A stretch of DNA of 58,705 nucleotides from Rhizaria sp. SCN 62-66 (taxonomy: Eukaryota): NCBI GenBank assembly GCA_001724265.1, contig MEDY01000179.1, forward strand, positions 1 to 58,705, written 5' to 3'. Below are positions 30,312 through 43,153 of this stretch, in pieces; within the stretch, counting starts at the first letter, position 1, and every line of letters starts with the position of its first letter. The notes below the pieces were generated by a model. That model saw only the letters and a program-made list of their open reading frames with translations, did no database searches and was not told where the DNA came from. The translations under genes were made by a program, and so were the position numbers.

Positions 30312-33300
30312 TTAATCTTTTTTGCTGCCATCGGTGTGGTTGCTGCCCTTCACAGCCGCCTCGTTGTTCGCTTGGTTGATCGCATCGAGGTAGCGCTGTG
30401 CCTCCTCTTCGCGCTGCCGCGCGCGCTCTTTGCGGTTGGCGTTGTAGATGCGCTGGTACTCCTGGTTCTTGAACTTATTCTCGGGCAGGGAGCGGTAGTG
30501 CGCCTGGTACTCGCGCTGCCACTGCTTGTGCGCAGCGTCGGACCGGTACAGCTTGCTCCACATTGACGCGGACAATGCATCGTGGATATTGTTGTTACCA
30601 TTATCAGTAGCGTTACCATTTCCGCCCGCAGCTGTGCTGCCACTGCTGCTACGGTCAGAGCTGTTCCTAGTCCTAGCTGGAGCCTTCGGTTCATTCTTCC
30701 TTTGCGCCCTGAGAGCGCGGCGCGCGGCTACGGTGAGCGCACTGGCGGGGTCTGCGGGGACACCGCGACGGCGGCGCCGCACTGTGCTGTCATCGTTTTG
30801 CGCTTGTTGCTCCGACTGCTGGAGCCGCTGCTGCTGCTCGTCTTGCTGCGGAGAGCTGTTGTTAGAATCATCGTCCGCTGCGCGGGCGCTGACATCGGCG
30901 TCGCTGGTATCAGAGTCGGACAGGATGATGACGCTGTCGCGCTCACTGCCGGCCTCGCTGTCGCTGTGGAAGTCGAGAGTGGTGGCAGCTCCGTTATCTC
31001 GATGCCGACGCAAACTAGGACTCGTAAAGCTAGAACTCGAGCTAGATGCTGAACTTGAGCTAGAACTTGATCTTGTGGCAACATTATCTTCTGAAGAGTC
31101 GGGGCTCGTCGAGTTATGGCGAGGGTCAGAAACAGGGTTCGCATTCGAGCGCGCGACTGCGATGGGAGCAGATTCCGACAGCAGCGTAGAGCCGGCGTTG
31201 TCCTGAGATGCCGCGGAAGCACTGTCTGCCTCCGCCTCCGACTCGGAGTCAGAGTCTGACTCGGAGCTGGAGCTGGAGCTGGAGCTGGAGCTGGAGCTGG
31301 AGCTGGAGCTGGAGCTGGAGCTGGAGCTGGAGTCGGAGTCGGAGAGGTAGATCACGTCCTCGGTCGGCGCGCAATTGGCAGACTCGGTAAGGCGCGCAGA
31401 CTGGGCGGGGAACTTAGCGGACAAGAGGTCTGGTGCGAGAGAGCTTACACATGGCTGGGGTTGCTGCTGCGGGCGCACAAGTGGTGCTTGTTGTTGCTCT
31501 TGTTCTTGATCCGTCCGTCCTTGCTCGAGAAGTGGATTCTGCTGCGGAGGTTGCCTCGGTGTGGCATCTTTACCTCGATATTTCTGTACTTCCTCGAGCA
31601 TAGTAGGTGGCTTCGGTGTGCGCACACGCTGTTTCTTGGGTTGTGCTGCTAACCCGAGCGCATCGCTCAAGGTATTGCTTGCTTCAGTGGCCGCAGCTGC
31701 AGCCGCAGCCTTAGCTTTAACGGCGGCATTTGCAGCAGCAAGTAATTCCTCCTTGGCAGCAGCAGTTGTGAGGGCTTTGGAAGCCGCGGCCTTCGCCCTC
31801 GCGACCTCCGCCTCAGCCTTGGCAGCAGCAGCAACAGCCAATGCTAGTTCTCGTGTTGCAGATGAAGGAACAGACCTGGGTAATGGGGTCGCAGCTGCGC
31901 CCTGTGCAGGCAAAGCGGAGGCCACTGAAGTAACGTTGACTGCAAGAGCAGCGGCGTTAGCTGGAGAAGCAGAAGCAGGCTTGCGCTTGCTGATCAGTTT
32001 TGGCGTAGAAACAGGCGCAGCTTCAGCTGGCTGAAGTGTCGCTGAGTGCGACTCCGTCAACCTTGCCTCTGGCCGAAGCTGTTGCGGCTGTGACGCTGAG
32101 TTAGACGCCTGCGACTGCGACTGGGACTGAAACTGAGACTGAGACTGTGATTGGGCTTGTCGCAAATGCGGCGGAACTTGCTGGATCTTGCCCTGTGTCG
32201 CTGTGGATGAGCTAACTGGCTTCATGAAGCTAAACGTGGAAACATGCTCGCTTGCACCTGCGTTGGTTGCCTGTTTAGACACGGAGTCAAACCTTGGGGC
32301 AACAGCTGGAGCAGCATCAGAGTCGGAGTCAGATACAAGTGCCAAACCAGCCTTAACTGATGGAGTGGCAGCTGCCGCAGCAACGGATGAAGATCTGTCA
32401 TTTGAGAGACCAGCCAGTGATGTTGCGTCGGAGAGTGTATCATCGGGGTGTGGTTCAGTCGAAGGAGCCATGGAGGGTGCGAAGGGCGGCGTGAGAGGCT
32501 CGAGTTCGGGCGGCATCACATCCTCCTCCTCGCGCTTAGTAAAGCGCATGGGGAAGAAGGAATTTGAGCTGGTCGTGGCCGCAGTCACTTCTCGCTTTAG
32601 CTGAAGCTGTGGAGGGTCAAGTAGGAATGTTTGGTTCTCCTTCGACTTCGAACCCTTCTTGTCTTGTTTCTCACTCTTGATAAAGGAAGTGGCAAGAACA
32701 ACATTGCCCGTCGCATCTTTCTCAGTCTTGATCTTGTTGTCACGCGTGACAGCGGGAGCGCCAGTCTCCACATTCTTAGTGCTCGCCCTCGCTTCTGCGT
32801 CGAAAATCTCATCCACACAGTCCGCGTAGAGTTGTTGAGCGGTCTCATGCTGAGACCAGCTCTCCGGAGTGACACTGAGAGTCACGCGAACAATGCGGTT
32901 CAAAGGGGCATGGCTTAACTTCTCGATGGGGCTGCGGGCGTCGTGAACGTCACCGTCATTTGCGCCATTGTGACGGTTGTCGTCGCGACTACCATTGGCG
33001 ATTGTGGCAGTAGTGGTGAGCACACTTGCACTGCTGTCACGGTCCTCGTCTTCCCCAGTCGTGATCTGCTTCTTCTTGGGAACAATTCTCATCACGCCCT
33101 GGGTCTGCAAGGCCACAGCGACTTTCTCGCCGTTACCGCTAACATTGCCAGTGGTCGCGTCGCCGAGGGCCTCAGACTGGAGTAGTTCCAGAGAGACCGT
33201 AAATCTAACACGGCCAAACGCTTCGACATCATCATTAGTCACTCGGCGGCTTTTATGTCCGTCACCATCGTCGCCATTATCGTCAGAATCAGCAGTGGCA

Positions 33301-35422
33301 CGGGCTCGCTTAAGCCGCAACTTCTCGTTGCGGTACGCGCGCGCCAGAGGCTGCGGCAGTCGCGCTGCAATCGCACACAGAAACCCGCAACTGCAGTTGT
33401 GATACTGGTGCTGTGGCGGTTGAAGTTGGGTTATTTGTTGCTCTAGCTGCTGCAGTAAGGGAAGTGGTGGGCCGCAGTCAAGCCGAGACCTCTTGACGTC
33501 TCCACTCGCACTCACCCCGTCATTGTCGCAACTCGCACTGATATTGCTGTTGATGTGCTCTGTCCCGGTGGCAATAGCAATGGTGCCCGGCTCATGCTTC
33601 ACCGTAATCTTGCTAATGCGGCGAGCGCCTACAGCGACGAGGATTTCACACTCGGAGTCTGAGTCAGAATCCAGGTCCGGGTCGAAATCATGCGCGCGGG
33701 TCTTGCTCTTGCCGCCTGTTCGGGCACTCGCACTCGATGAATTGTGGGAATCGCTGAAACTACGTTTGTTTCGTTTATCAGCGTCCACCCTTTGCCGCTC
33801 TTGCAGCTTCTCTTCGCAGTGGCAGTCTCGTCGCACACAGCACGTCAGCTCAACCCCGCAGTACGTGACCGTGGGCAACACCTCCATCATCTCGATTGAT
33901 GCCCCGGCGGCCCCTGTAGCCACGGCAGCGGAACCGCCGGACTTGGCCAAACCACCGGCTCCGAGAGCCCCGGCGGCCCCCGTGTTGCTTTGGAGCAGCG
34001 TCCCGAGCGGTACGTCAACGCTCCCGCTCTCGGCGGCGACGCAGCGCGTAACCTTGCCCCGCAGCGCGCGGACGTCAGCGCGCAGCGCAGCCGTGGTGGG
34101 CGTGAGCGACTGTGCGGCCCAGAGGCGCGGGCACGCGCCGGGGGCCCAGCGCGCGGGGGCCGGCGGACGCGCGGCGTCGTACAGCGTGCTCCGCAGGATG
34201 AAGTGCGCCAAGTGCGCGGCCAGGGGAGAGAATCTGTCCGCTCCGTGGCGCGCATCACCGGGGTGGGCGCTCGGAGCGGCTGAGTCAGACTTGCAACAGA
34301 AGCACGAGCACGCGCGGCGGGGGCCAGTGATGGCGTGCGCTTGCAGAGCGGGTATCGTGCTCGCAAGCTGGCGCGTCTCCGTAGTTGCCTCTGTGACAAC
34401 CCGCTGTGCCTGGGAGAAGCAATTCATGTTGTGAGCAGTATAGGTCGAGACTGCGCCGGCCGCCTCGCTTAGCAGCTGCTCAGTGTGCGCAATGCGATGT
34501 GCGGAAGCGGAAGAGTCCGACAGGCGGTGGTGAGCGCGAACACGCTCGCGCTCGAGCTTTGCTTCCGCCTAGGCATTGGCGTTCTGGCCAAAAACAAGCA
34601 AAAGCACAAACAAAGGCAAATTAAAAGAGTATGAGAGACTTAAAAAAGAAGCAAGAAACAAAAGAGCAAGAATTGTCCTTTATCCATAAAGAGTACCTTA
34701 ACATCTGTCTCAAACGCTTGGAGGTCCTCTCCTAGCGCAACCACAGCGTTGGTCAGCACGGTAAGCACGCGCATAACGTCACGCGGACACAAGCGGTGGC
34801 CGGGCTGGTCCGGACCGCTGCCCTTGGCCGGGAAGCAGCCGTGCGAGGCCGGCGCGCCGCAGTCGCGGCAATGCACGGCCAGCGGGGCCGCAAACCATTC
34901 GGCGTGCTCGGGACAGCACGGCGTCACGGGCACTGGAGTCGGCGCCGCAGCCGAGGCCGCAGCCGTTGGTGCGGGAGTCGCCAGCAGCCGCGCGGGCGCC
35001 GCAACCGATGCAGCAGCCGGTGTCGCAGCTGGTGCCGCGGCCGGCGCCGCGACCCGAGCCGCTGCCGGAGCCGTAGCCCGCGTCGCAGTACCAGCTCCAG
35101 TGGCAAGACTCGCAGCGGCTCGTGGGGTCGTCTTTGCAGCAGGCGTTGTGGCGGTGTTGTTGCGACTCGCGTTATTCGGGTTAGCAGGACTCGCAGAGGC
35201 TGCGACAGGAACGGGATGAAACTTGAATCGCTTGTTATTCGAGGTTTGGACCGCAACCCAATCGCGGCGGGCTGCGTGTGCATTGTTTGCAGCCGCAGTT
35301 TTCGGCGTGCTGGCACGAGCAGTTGACGGCGTTGATGTCGGATGAGGCCCTTGTCGTGATACACTCCCGCTGTCCGCAGGAAACCTTGACTTCAACTGGG
35401 TTTTTTGCCATGATGAGCTCAT
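30312..35422 (-). CDS. Hypothetical ~1665-aa Ser/Ala/Gln-rich protein with a Cys/His cluster (PHD-like fragment); exons 35422-34697, 34583-30312; in-frame TAG at 34571-34569
   Basis: Phase-0 intron 34696-34584 (GTACTC...pyrimidine tract...GCCAG) joins ORF 35422-34640 to the frame of ORF 34427-30312. Probable 5'UTR intron 35574-35425 (GTACGT...TTGCAG). TAA stop. Confidence 0.65.
31264..31329. repeat. (GAGCTG)11 coding microsatellite giving a poly-Ser tract on the minus strand
   Basis: Directly visible perfect hexamer array. Confidence 0.92.
34569..34571 (-). other. In-frame TAG (candidate sense codon, or alternative 3' splice site)
   Basis: After the strong acceptor at 34584 the frame reads AAC GCC AAT GCC TAG GCG GAA GCA AAG and stays open for more than 1400 codons. 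Confidence 0.6.
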
Positions 35423-36458
35423 ATCTGCAAATAAAAGGGTACATTAAAATAACAATAGTTGTACAATGTGGTGAGTGGAACCTTTCGACTGGCGTGAGAC
35501 AGATCTGCATATTACATGAGATGCACTCGGGCACCTGGCGGCAAGGCGAGAATGATGAGCATAGAGCAACGTACTGTGCGTTCCAAGTGCAGTAAGCTTC
35601 ACGGCGACTAAGCCGCGCGGGGCGTTAACTGTTACTGCGGACTTTCGTTTCTCAATGTGCGTTTGCGAAGCGCGCACAAAGACGGCAATACTCCGATTCA
35701 AGCAGAAGGGGGCTCACGGTGCGCAAAAGATCGCGGGACGCGCGTCGCACTGTGGTTTTAGCTCCAGTCGGTGTGCGTATGTGAAAAAGATACTATGAAA
35801 CAAAATTCAGATGGGCAAATGAGTATAAATGCTTTCTGGTCCGACCTTGCCCGTGAACAAGGGCTTAAAAGAGAAGCTAGGTCTGCGCGCAGTCACTCTG
35901 CAAACTCCTAAATTTGCAAGCCTAATACAACACAAATTGATCGTAAAACCATGCACCGTATGGCCAACAAATTTAAAAATATAACTTTTATATGTCAACT
36001 TAATGAATTGACGTGGCAAATCCTTTGTCGGCTGCGCCGGATGTTTTTCGAAATTCTCAGTTGACCATTGACCGCGCCACGAGTCACCACAAAAAGTACA
36101 AGCTTTCACAGTCTCAATCAAAACAAAGTGTAACGCACCATTATGTTGGCACTTTGACCTGAAACTGCTATCTCATGGCAGCCGGGATACTTATATATGT
36201 TCTCACACTATTTTTCTGCAAACTGAGTTTTGTTCGCACATATATCCCTCGGTAACCGCACAATGTTACGCGCGCATGACCGTGCCATAATCACCAGTCA
36301 CATCGTAAAGCGAAACTTTGCGTCAAACAAAGAAACTACATTAGATATGTTTATTAAAATACTACTATAACAGGATCTGATGACAAAAATAACTCTATAT
36401 ATTCCATAATTTATGCGTTGTCACAAGGACGCTGCTGTTACTGCGCGAAACTCCGTGC

Positions 36459-39400
36459 TCAGCAGCGCTCGAAGGCCTTGTACATCTGCCGCAGGTCTGC
36501 CACGAGGACGGCGCGGCCCGCGGCAGCGTCCTCAGCCGTGACAACACAGCCCGTGGCCCGCAGCGCCGGCACCACGCAGTCGCGCACCACGGCCTCCGCG
36601 CACGCCGCCAGCGCCGATGCCCCCAGCGATGATGCCAGCGCTGATCCGGCGGCGATGTCGCGGTCGGAGTCGTGCTTGGCTTCGCTCTCACCTGCAGCCT
36701 CGCCGCCGCGGGCCGCACTGTCACAGTTCTGCTGCTGCTGCGGCATGGGCAGCAGGGGCACGACGAAACTCGCGTCGCTGTAGCGGTGGTAGCGCGCGAG
36801 CGCGGCGATGACGAGCGCCAGACAGCGCTGCTCGCGCGCGTAGTCCGCGCACAGCCCCAGCGCCAGTAGCAGCCGCGGCAGCGCCGGCAGCGGCGGCGGA
36901 AACCGCGGGTGCAGGTGCGGCACCGTCAGCAGCCGCAGCCCGCGCCACGCATAGCTTGCGCGCCGCGTGTTGGCGCGCGCCTCGAGCCCGAACGTTAGGG
37001 AGAAAAGATCGGCCAGCATCGGCGCGTTGGCGAGCAGCGCCAGGCAGCCCGCGTCCGCCGCCGCCGCGCTCACTGCGCGCAGCAGCGGGCACACGGCGCG
37101 GTCGCCGTCGCGGCGGTGGTTAAGGCTGTCACTTTGAGGGAGACAGTGACAGAGCCAGCCGAAGCCAGCCGTGCTCTCGCTCTCGCCCTCGCTCGCACGA
37201 GCACCGCCGCTGCGGTCGGCAGGGCCGCTGGGCGCGTTGCTGAGCGGCACAGCCAGAGCGGCAAGTGCGGCGGGCAGCGGCCGGCGCAGGGGCCACGGGC
37301 CGCAGTAGGACGAGTCCTCCGCCGCGGCCAGGTGACCGTGGGCAGCCTCCGCGCGGCCGCGAGCAGCCTCGGCCGCCACAGAGGCGGAGAACAGCCGCGT
37401 CCGCTGCGCAATCCAGTGCCGGGCGCACAGCGCGGCCACCACCGCGGCCGCCGCGGTCGGCGCAGGCAGAGGCTCATTCGCACTCGCACTCGAAGAACTG
37501 TCACCGGCGTTGCTGCTGACCGCGTCCACCGCGTCCAACGGAGGCACCACGGGCGCCATCGCAGTGCTGAGCGCCGCAGGGCCGGCGCTGTGGCTGTGGC
37601 TGGTGGCGGCGGACGAGGCCAGGGCCGAGATAAACACAGGCACGGCCGCGGCGGCCCCGTAGGCTGCGGCCACGGCAGCGTCGGCAGCAGCCGTCGCCGC
37701 TGCTGTCGACGACTCGCGTTCACCGCCATCGTCGCTGGCGAGATCAGCCGTGGCAGGAGCGCTGGCGCTGGCGTCGCCAGGGAGCTTCACGAGGCCGAGC
37801 ACGAGCGACAGCACGAGGGTTAGCACGCGCGGCGCCCCTGCCTCCTTGCTATTGAGCGCGGCGGCCATCGTGGCGCCCACAGCGGCGGCCTCGCCGTCCG
37901 CGTTGCCGGCCACCGAGGCCACGGCGGCCGCCGCGGTGATGGCGGCTGGCGCGGCGGCGGCGGCGGCGGCCAGCGCGGCGGTCGCGGCAGCCAGCGCGCC
38001 GTGCACCCAGCCGCTCACGACGGCTACGCCGCCGCAGCCGCCGTCAGCGCCGCGCAGCAGCACGGCGCTCGGGCCGGCAGGGCGGAGCTGTTGTTGCTGC
38101 TGTCGAAACGGGGGCAGCATGGCCGCGAGCAGAAGCGGCCGCACGGCCACTCCAGCGTCAGTGCCGACAACGGCCACAGCGCCGCCCGCAGTGCTCTTGC
38201 GACTCGCAGGAGAGCTTGCGCTCGCACTTGGGCAAGCGCCAGTGACAGCGGCTGCGGCGGCAGCGGCGGCGGCGGCCACGGCAGCCGCACTGCTGCTGCT
38301 CCTGCTGCCTATGCCGACCGCGCTCACGTCCACCGCATCGCTGTCGCTGCCGTTCCCGTCGGCGCCGTCGCTGCCTTTGCTCTTGCTGCCCGCGGACGCG
38401 TCCACGCGAGCCGCGAGCCAAAGGCGCGGGAGGTTGCCGACGCGCAGGAGCAGCTGCTGCTGCGCCCAGCGCTCGGTGACGTCGGGCAGCGCGAGCAGCA
38501 GCAGCGCCGTGCCGCGCTGCACGAGCGCGAGCCCGCGCGCGGGCAGCCCCACGAACACGGCGCCCGCCAGGGTTACGCCGCCGGCCGCCTGGAGCGCGGC
38601 CGCCGCAGACGCCAGCGCCGCAGACGCGCCCGCAGCCGCGTCCGCACAAGCGTTGTCTGCGCCGTCGCTGTGGACCGCGCTGTGGGCCGCGCTGGCGTCG
38701 AGCGGGGGCAGGCCGGCGGCGCGGCGCAGCGTCTGCAGCGAGCGCAGCGCAAGCGGCGCCCACGCGCGGGGCTCCTGCAGCGCCGCAGCCATCTGCCGCG
38801 ACCACTGCGGCGACCACGCGGACTGCGACTCCGACTCTGACTGTGATTGAGCGGGCGCGGAAAGGGGCTGAGCGCGAAAGGGCTCCGCAACCGTCGCCAC
38901 AGAGGCAGTCGCGGCAGCACTGGCGCTGCCGCTGCCACCGCCCGCGCTGCTACCGCTGTCGCGGCTGCCGATCTCGCGGTGTTTGCTGACGCGGTCCTTG
39001 CCGGCCGCCGGCGCCGCCTCGTCCTCGTCGTCGTCGGCGCCGTCGCCGTCGCCGGTGTCGGCGTAGCGGCCGCCCGCAGCGGCACCGGCGCCGGCGCCGG
39101 CAGCGGGATAACCGCGAGCAGAGGGGGCGCCCTGGCTCTGGCTCCGGCTTTGATTCAGCGTGTCGGGGTGACTCTGGCTACTCGCGAGGTCGACCGCAGC
39201 CCCACTATCATTCGCACTGCGGCTGAAGCTGCTGCCGCTGCCGCTGCTCTTGGCGCTGCTTGCGGGCGCCTTGCGGGTGAGAAAACCCATGAGCGAGGAC
39301 TGCGACGCGTCCGTACGGACCGTCACACTGTCGTTACGCGCCGCGGCAGCGGCAGGCGCGGCCGCAACACCTGCACCAACACTCCCGCCAACACTGGCCC

Positions 39401-41939
39401 TGGCACTGACGTTAGGAGGTGAGGCGGCGTCAGCGCCGCCGGCAGCGGTGCGAGAGCGTTTGACGCGAGCCCTGCCCTCGCTTTCGGCCTCCTCCTCCTC
39501 CTCCTCCTCCTCCTCCTCCAGGCCCCGACGTGACCGCGACTGCCCTAGCGCAGCAGCAGCGTTGTCGTCGTCGTCGTTGTTGTCGCCGTCGTCATTAACA
39601 GCGATGACGGCGCGGCGACTGCTCTTCGCACTGGCGCTGCTGCTGCTACTGCTGCTGTTGCTGCCACTGCTCAGACTCGAGAGCCCCCAGCCGCCCTTAC
39701 TCTTCGCACTCGCATTGCTGCTATGAGCGCCGGCGCCCGGCAGCGCGGCGAGCGCGTCGCCGGCGGGCGGGAGCACGGGCAGCGTGAGCAGCGTCTGCGT
39801 GGCGAAGGTGCGCGAGGCCGCTGTGGCCGCCAGCGCGCGCTCCACCGCCGCCGCCACCGTCGAGATCACCTGCGCGAGGAAAACGAACAATGAAAGAGAG
39901 AATATAATGTGAGTTTACTCAAATACAGGTGCAACCGAGTAATAAAATATGAATTTGATTGCAATATATCCCTGTTTTTTTGTTGACCCCGACGCACCTC
40001 CTCCTGGTGGAGCATCTGAACCTCCTGCTTGGTGGGGTGCACGTTGACGTCGACGGCGCTGCCCGGCAGTGAGAGCGCCAGGAAGACCCAGGGCACGCTC
40101 TTGCGCGGGAGGTGCGCCGCGAAGACGGCCTCGACGGCGCGCTTGAGCGGCCCGCAGCTCACCAGCCGGCTGTTGATGAACAGCACGAAGTTGAGAGACC
40201 CGCTGACTCCCACGCCGCCGCCGCCGCCGCCGCCGCTGCCGCCACCGCCGCTACTGCTGCTGCTGGCGCTACGGGCGGCGCGGGGCGCGGACATAGACGC
40301 CGAGAGCGACGTGCCGCCGCTGACGCCGCTGGTGCCGCCGCTTGCGCTGTGACTGCCGGAGATGTCGCTCGAGTCGCCCGCACCACGCCCGCTGCCGGCG
40401 CCGGGGCCGTGGCTGTAGTTGGGGCTCGAGACCAGCCCGGTCACGGCCAGACCCAGCGCCGCCGCCGTCGCGGCCAGTGCGCCGCCACTCCCACTGTTCC
40501 TGTCGCGACCGCTGCTTTGACTGGGGCTGGGGGCCGGCGAGAGCGTGACGTCGATGAGCTCGCGCGCGAGGGCCGGGCCCCAAACGTGTGCCACCACGGC
40601 GCGGCGCGCGCGGGCGTCCGCCTCGGCCTCTACCGCAGCCGCCGCGGCCTCTGTCGCCGACACCGCGGCCGCTCGAGACCGACCGGAGCGAGAGCCGGAG
40701 TCGTCGGAGTCCGCGCTAGTGCAGTTGTCGCCACCGTTGTCGCTGCCGATGTCGTCGTTGATGTGATGCGCGTCGCCGGCAGCGACAAGCGCGGCCGCCG
40801 TGGCTGCCGCGTTCACGCTGCTCCCGTCACTGCTACTCGCCGAGCTGCTGCTGTTGGCGGCTGCATTCGCGATGCCTGTATTCGCAGCAGCAGCGGCGGC
40901 GCCGGCGGTGGCCAGGTCCGCGCCGGGCGCGCCCTTGCGGCGGAGCACAACGGCGCAGCGAGGGAACATGAGCGCGTACGCGGCGGCGACGTCGAGGCAG
41001 CGCCGGTGCTCCTCGTGCGGTGACCGCAGCGCCGCGCGGCGGGCCGGCACGTTGAAGAAGAAGGACGCCGCCGAGACCGTGGTCCCGAACGGCAGCGCGG
41101 CCGGCCGCGGCGCCGCCGACGAGGCCCACAGCGCCGCGCTGGCTGCCGCCGCGCTTTCCTCGCCGGTCAGCCGCGCCCCCGCCGCAGCGCCAGCGCCTGC
41201 AGTGGCTGCAGTGAGGTTGGGCGGCTGCCACGAGTCGGGGTCGACCAGGCGGCCGTCGGCGAAGGCCGCCGCGTAGCCGTGCGCAGGCACTTCGGGCGCA
41301 CCGCCGGGCACCGCGGGCCGCAGGGCGCGGGCGCGCGTGCGTACGGTCACCCTGGGGACGGGGTGTTCGCAAAGAGAGAGAAAGTCGCCGATATGACATG
41401 TGGTGAGATACGTGTTATTGTTATGACAGCAGAGTGACAGGAGAGCGAATTGGCACAGTGGTGAAATAAGATATACAGAACATAGAATTAACTTGTAACG
41501 CGAAGTTTTGGCGGATATCCTGTGCGTTCCCCGCGTACCTGGCAACGTGCGTGAGCGAGGCGAGCGCCTCCCCGCGGAAGCCAAAGGTGGCGATGCGGCC
41601 GGAGCTGAGGTCCGCGAACGAGCGCAGCTTCGACGTCGCAAAGCGCTCGCACAGCAGCGGCAGGTCCGCGGGCGCGATGCCCGTGCCGTCGTCGGCGATC
41701 TGCATCAGCGCGAGGCCGCCTTCGTGGAGCGTGACGGTGACGCGGGACGCGCGCGCGTCGAGCGCGTTCTCGAGCAGCTCCTTGAGCGCGTTGGCGGGCC
41801 TGTGAATCACCTCGCCCGCCGCGATGCGGTTCACCACGTCCGGTGACAGCCGCTAAATCGGCGCGGGCGGCGCGGCGAACGATGCCGGCACGGGCATGGC
41901 GGCGGTGGACGCAGACACAGATGCGAGCTCGTGAGACAT
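36459..41939 (-). CDS. MLH1: DNA mismatch repair protein MLH1, ~1721 aa with large low-complexity insertions; exons 41939(or 41897)-41539, 41351-39998, 39869-36459; in-frame TAG at 41855-41853
   Basis: [75 protein letters not shown] and the MLH1-specific C-terminus YKAFERC then TGA. Introns 41538-41352 (GTACGC) and 39997-39870 (GTGCGT). Confidence 0.95.
41853..41855 (-). other. In-frame TAG inside the conserved MLH1 N-terminal motif
   Basis: ATG...CCG ATT TAG CGG CTG TCA CCG GAC GTG GTG AAC CGC ATC = [12 protein letters not shown]. Confidence 0.88.
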
Positions 41940-43153
41940 GACCTGTGCGGACACACTTGCGGCTGCACAGCACGCGGTATACTCTGATCGCTAGAGTTGA
42001 CGTGTGACAAGTGCGTGTAAAAACGCGTGTTAAGGGTTACTTGCCGAGGGTTAATTGTAAGAGAGGTGATTATACGGTGGCAGATAGAAGAATGTGAGTT
42101 GGGAGGTGAGCTCGAAATAGCGTCCGCCAGATTGTCAACTAAGTCAGATATTTCACTACAATACATGCGACTTAGAGTATAATAATTTAGGAGTATAACA
42201 AAATGTTCGCGTTAGTACTATTAACGGCAAATATAACGACTGAGAACGGATTATAGTGACGCTATCAGTGGGTTTACAGTGCTTTCGAGAGCGCCATGAT
42301 GCTCGGATTGTTTACGGATTTGGCGCATCGAACAAGGCAAAACGTCATAGAACACATGCATAACGTCTGTCTGTAGATAAACAAAGTGTAGTTACAGCTA
42401 TGCCCGCTCGTTTAAATGAAGAATCTAAGTTATAGTAGACCTTAACCCTGGTCTATGACAAGAAATAGTATCAAAATCGTTTGCCGACGGCTGAAACGGT
42501 CCTAGCTAGACCAGTCGGTGGAGGCCTTCCTCTAAAAATACACAAAACCGATTTTTGTTCGACAGTAAGACGTCGTAAGCGCGCGTCATTTTGGTGGCCA
42601 GGGGTATTGTTGAGTTTTTTAGTATTTTTCTTTTTTTTATTGCGCCACGCTGTGTCTGTTTTGCCCCGCACGCGCCTCCTGTAAGGACCGACGCACCCCA
42701 TCTCTCTTCCACTGCTGGCCCGCGTCCCACTCGCTCGCTGCAGCCGAAATAAGCAGATATAACTGGCTGACAAAGACCCCAGTTTTATTTCTGCCTTTTA
42801 CATCTGGTGTGCTTGCTATAACCATTAGGGAAGTTGTATGATCGAGGTCTCGCTTGTCTTTTCACTCACCCACTCACCCCCTTCTTGTGTCGCTCTTCTC
42901 TCTCGCCCGCCGCTCTCTCCTACATGGCATCTGACGCAGCCGACCGCTTTCCCGCACAGCGCGCACTGGCCCGCGCTCCCCTTGTCCTGACCCGTCCCAG
43001 CGCTGGCTCCCTCCAGGAGTGCCAGTCCCTGCCGGCGCCGACCCGCTGCCGCTGCCGCTGCCGCCGTCAGTGCCGCGTGCGCTGCGCTGTGCCGTGCCAG
43101 TCCTTCCTTCCCTGCTCTCCTGAGCCTCGTCTCGCTGCGGACCCTTGCGCCCG

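Noticed and set aside
31264-31329. Hexamer array as a telomeric or CRISPR-like repeat
   Set aside because: It is an in-frame poly-Ser microsatellite with no spacers; no CRISPR array, rRNA or tRNA was recognisable in the window.
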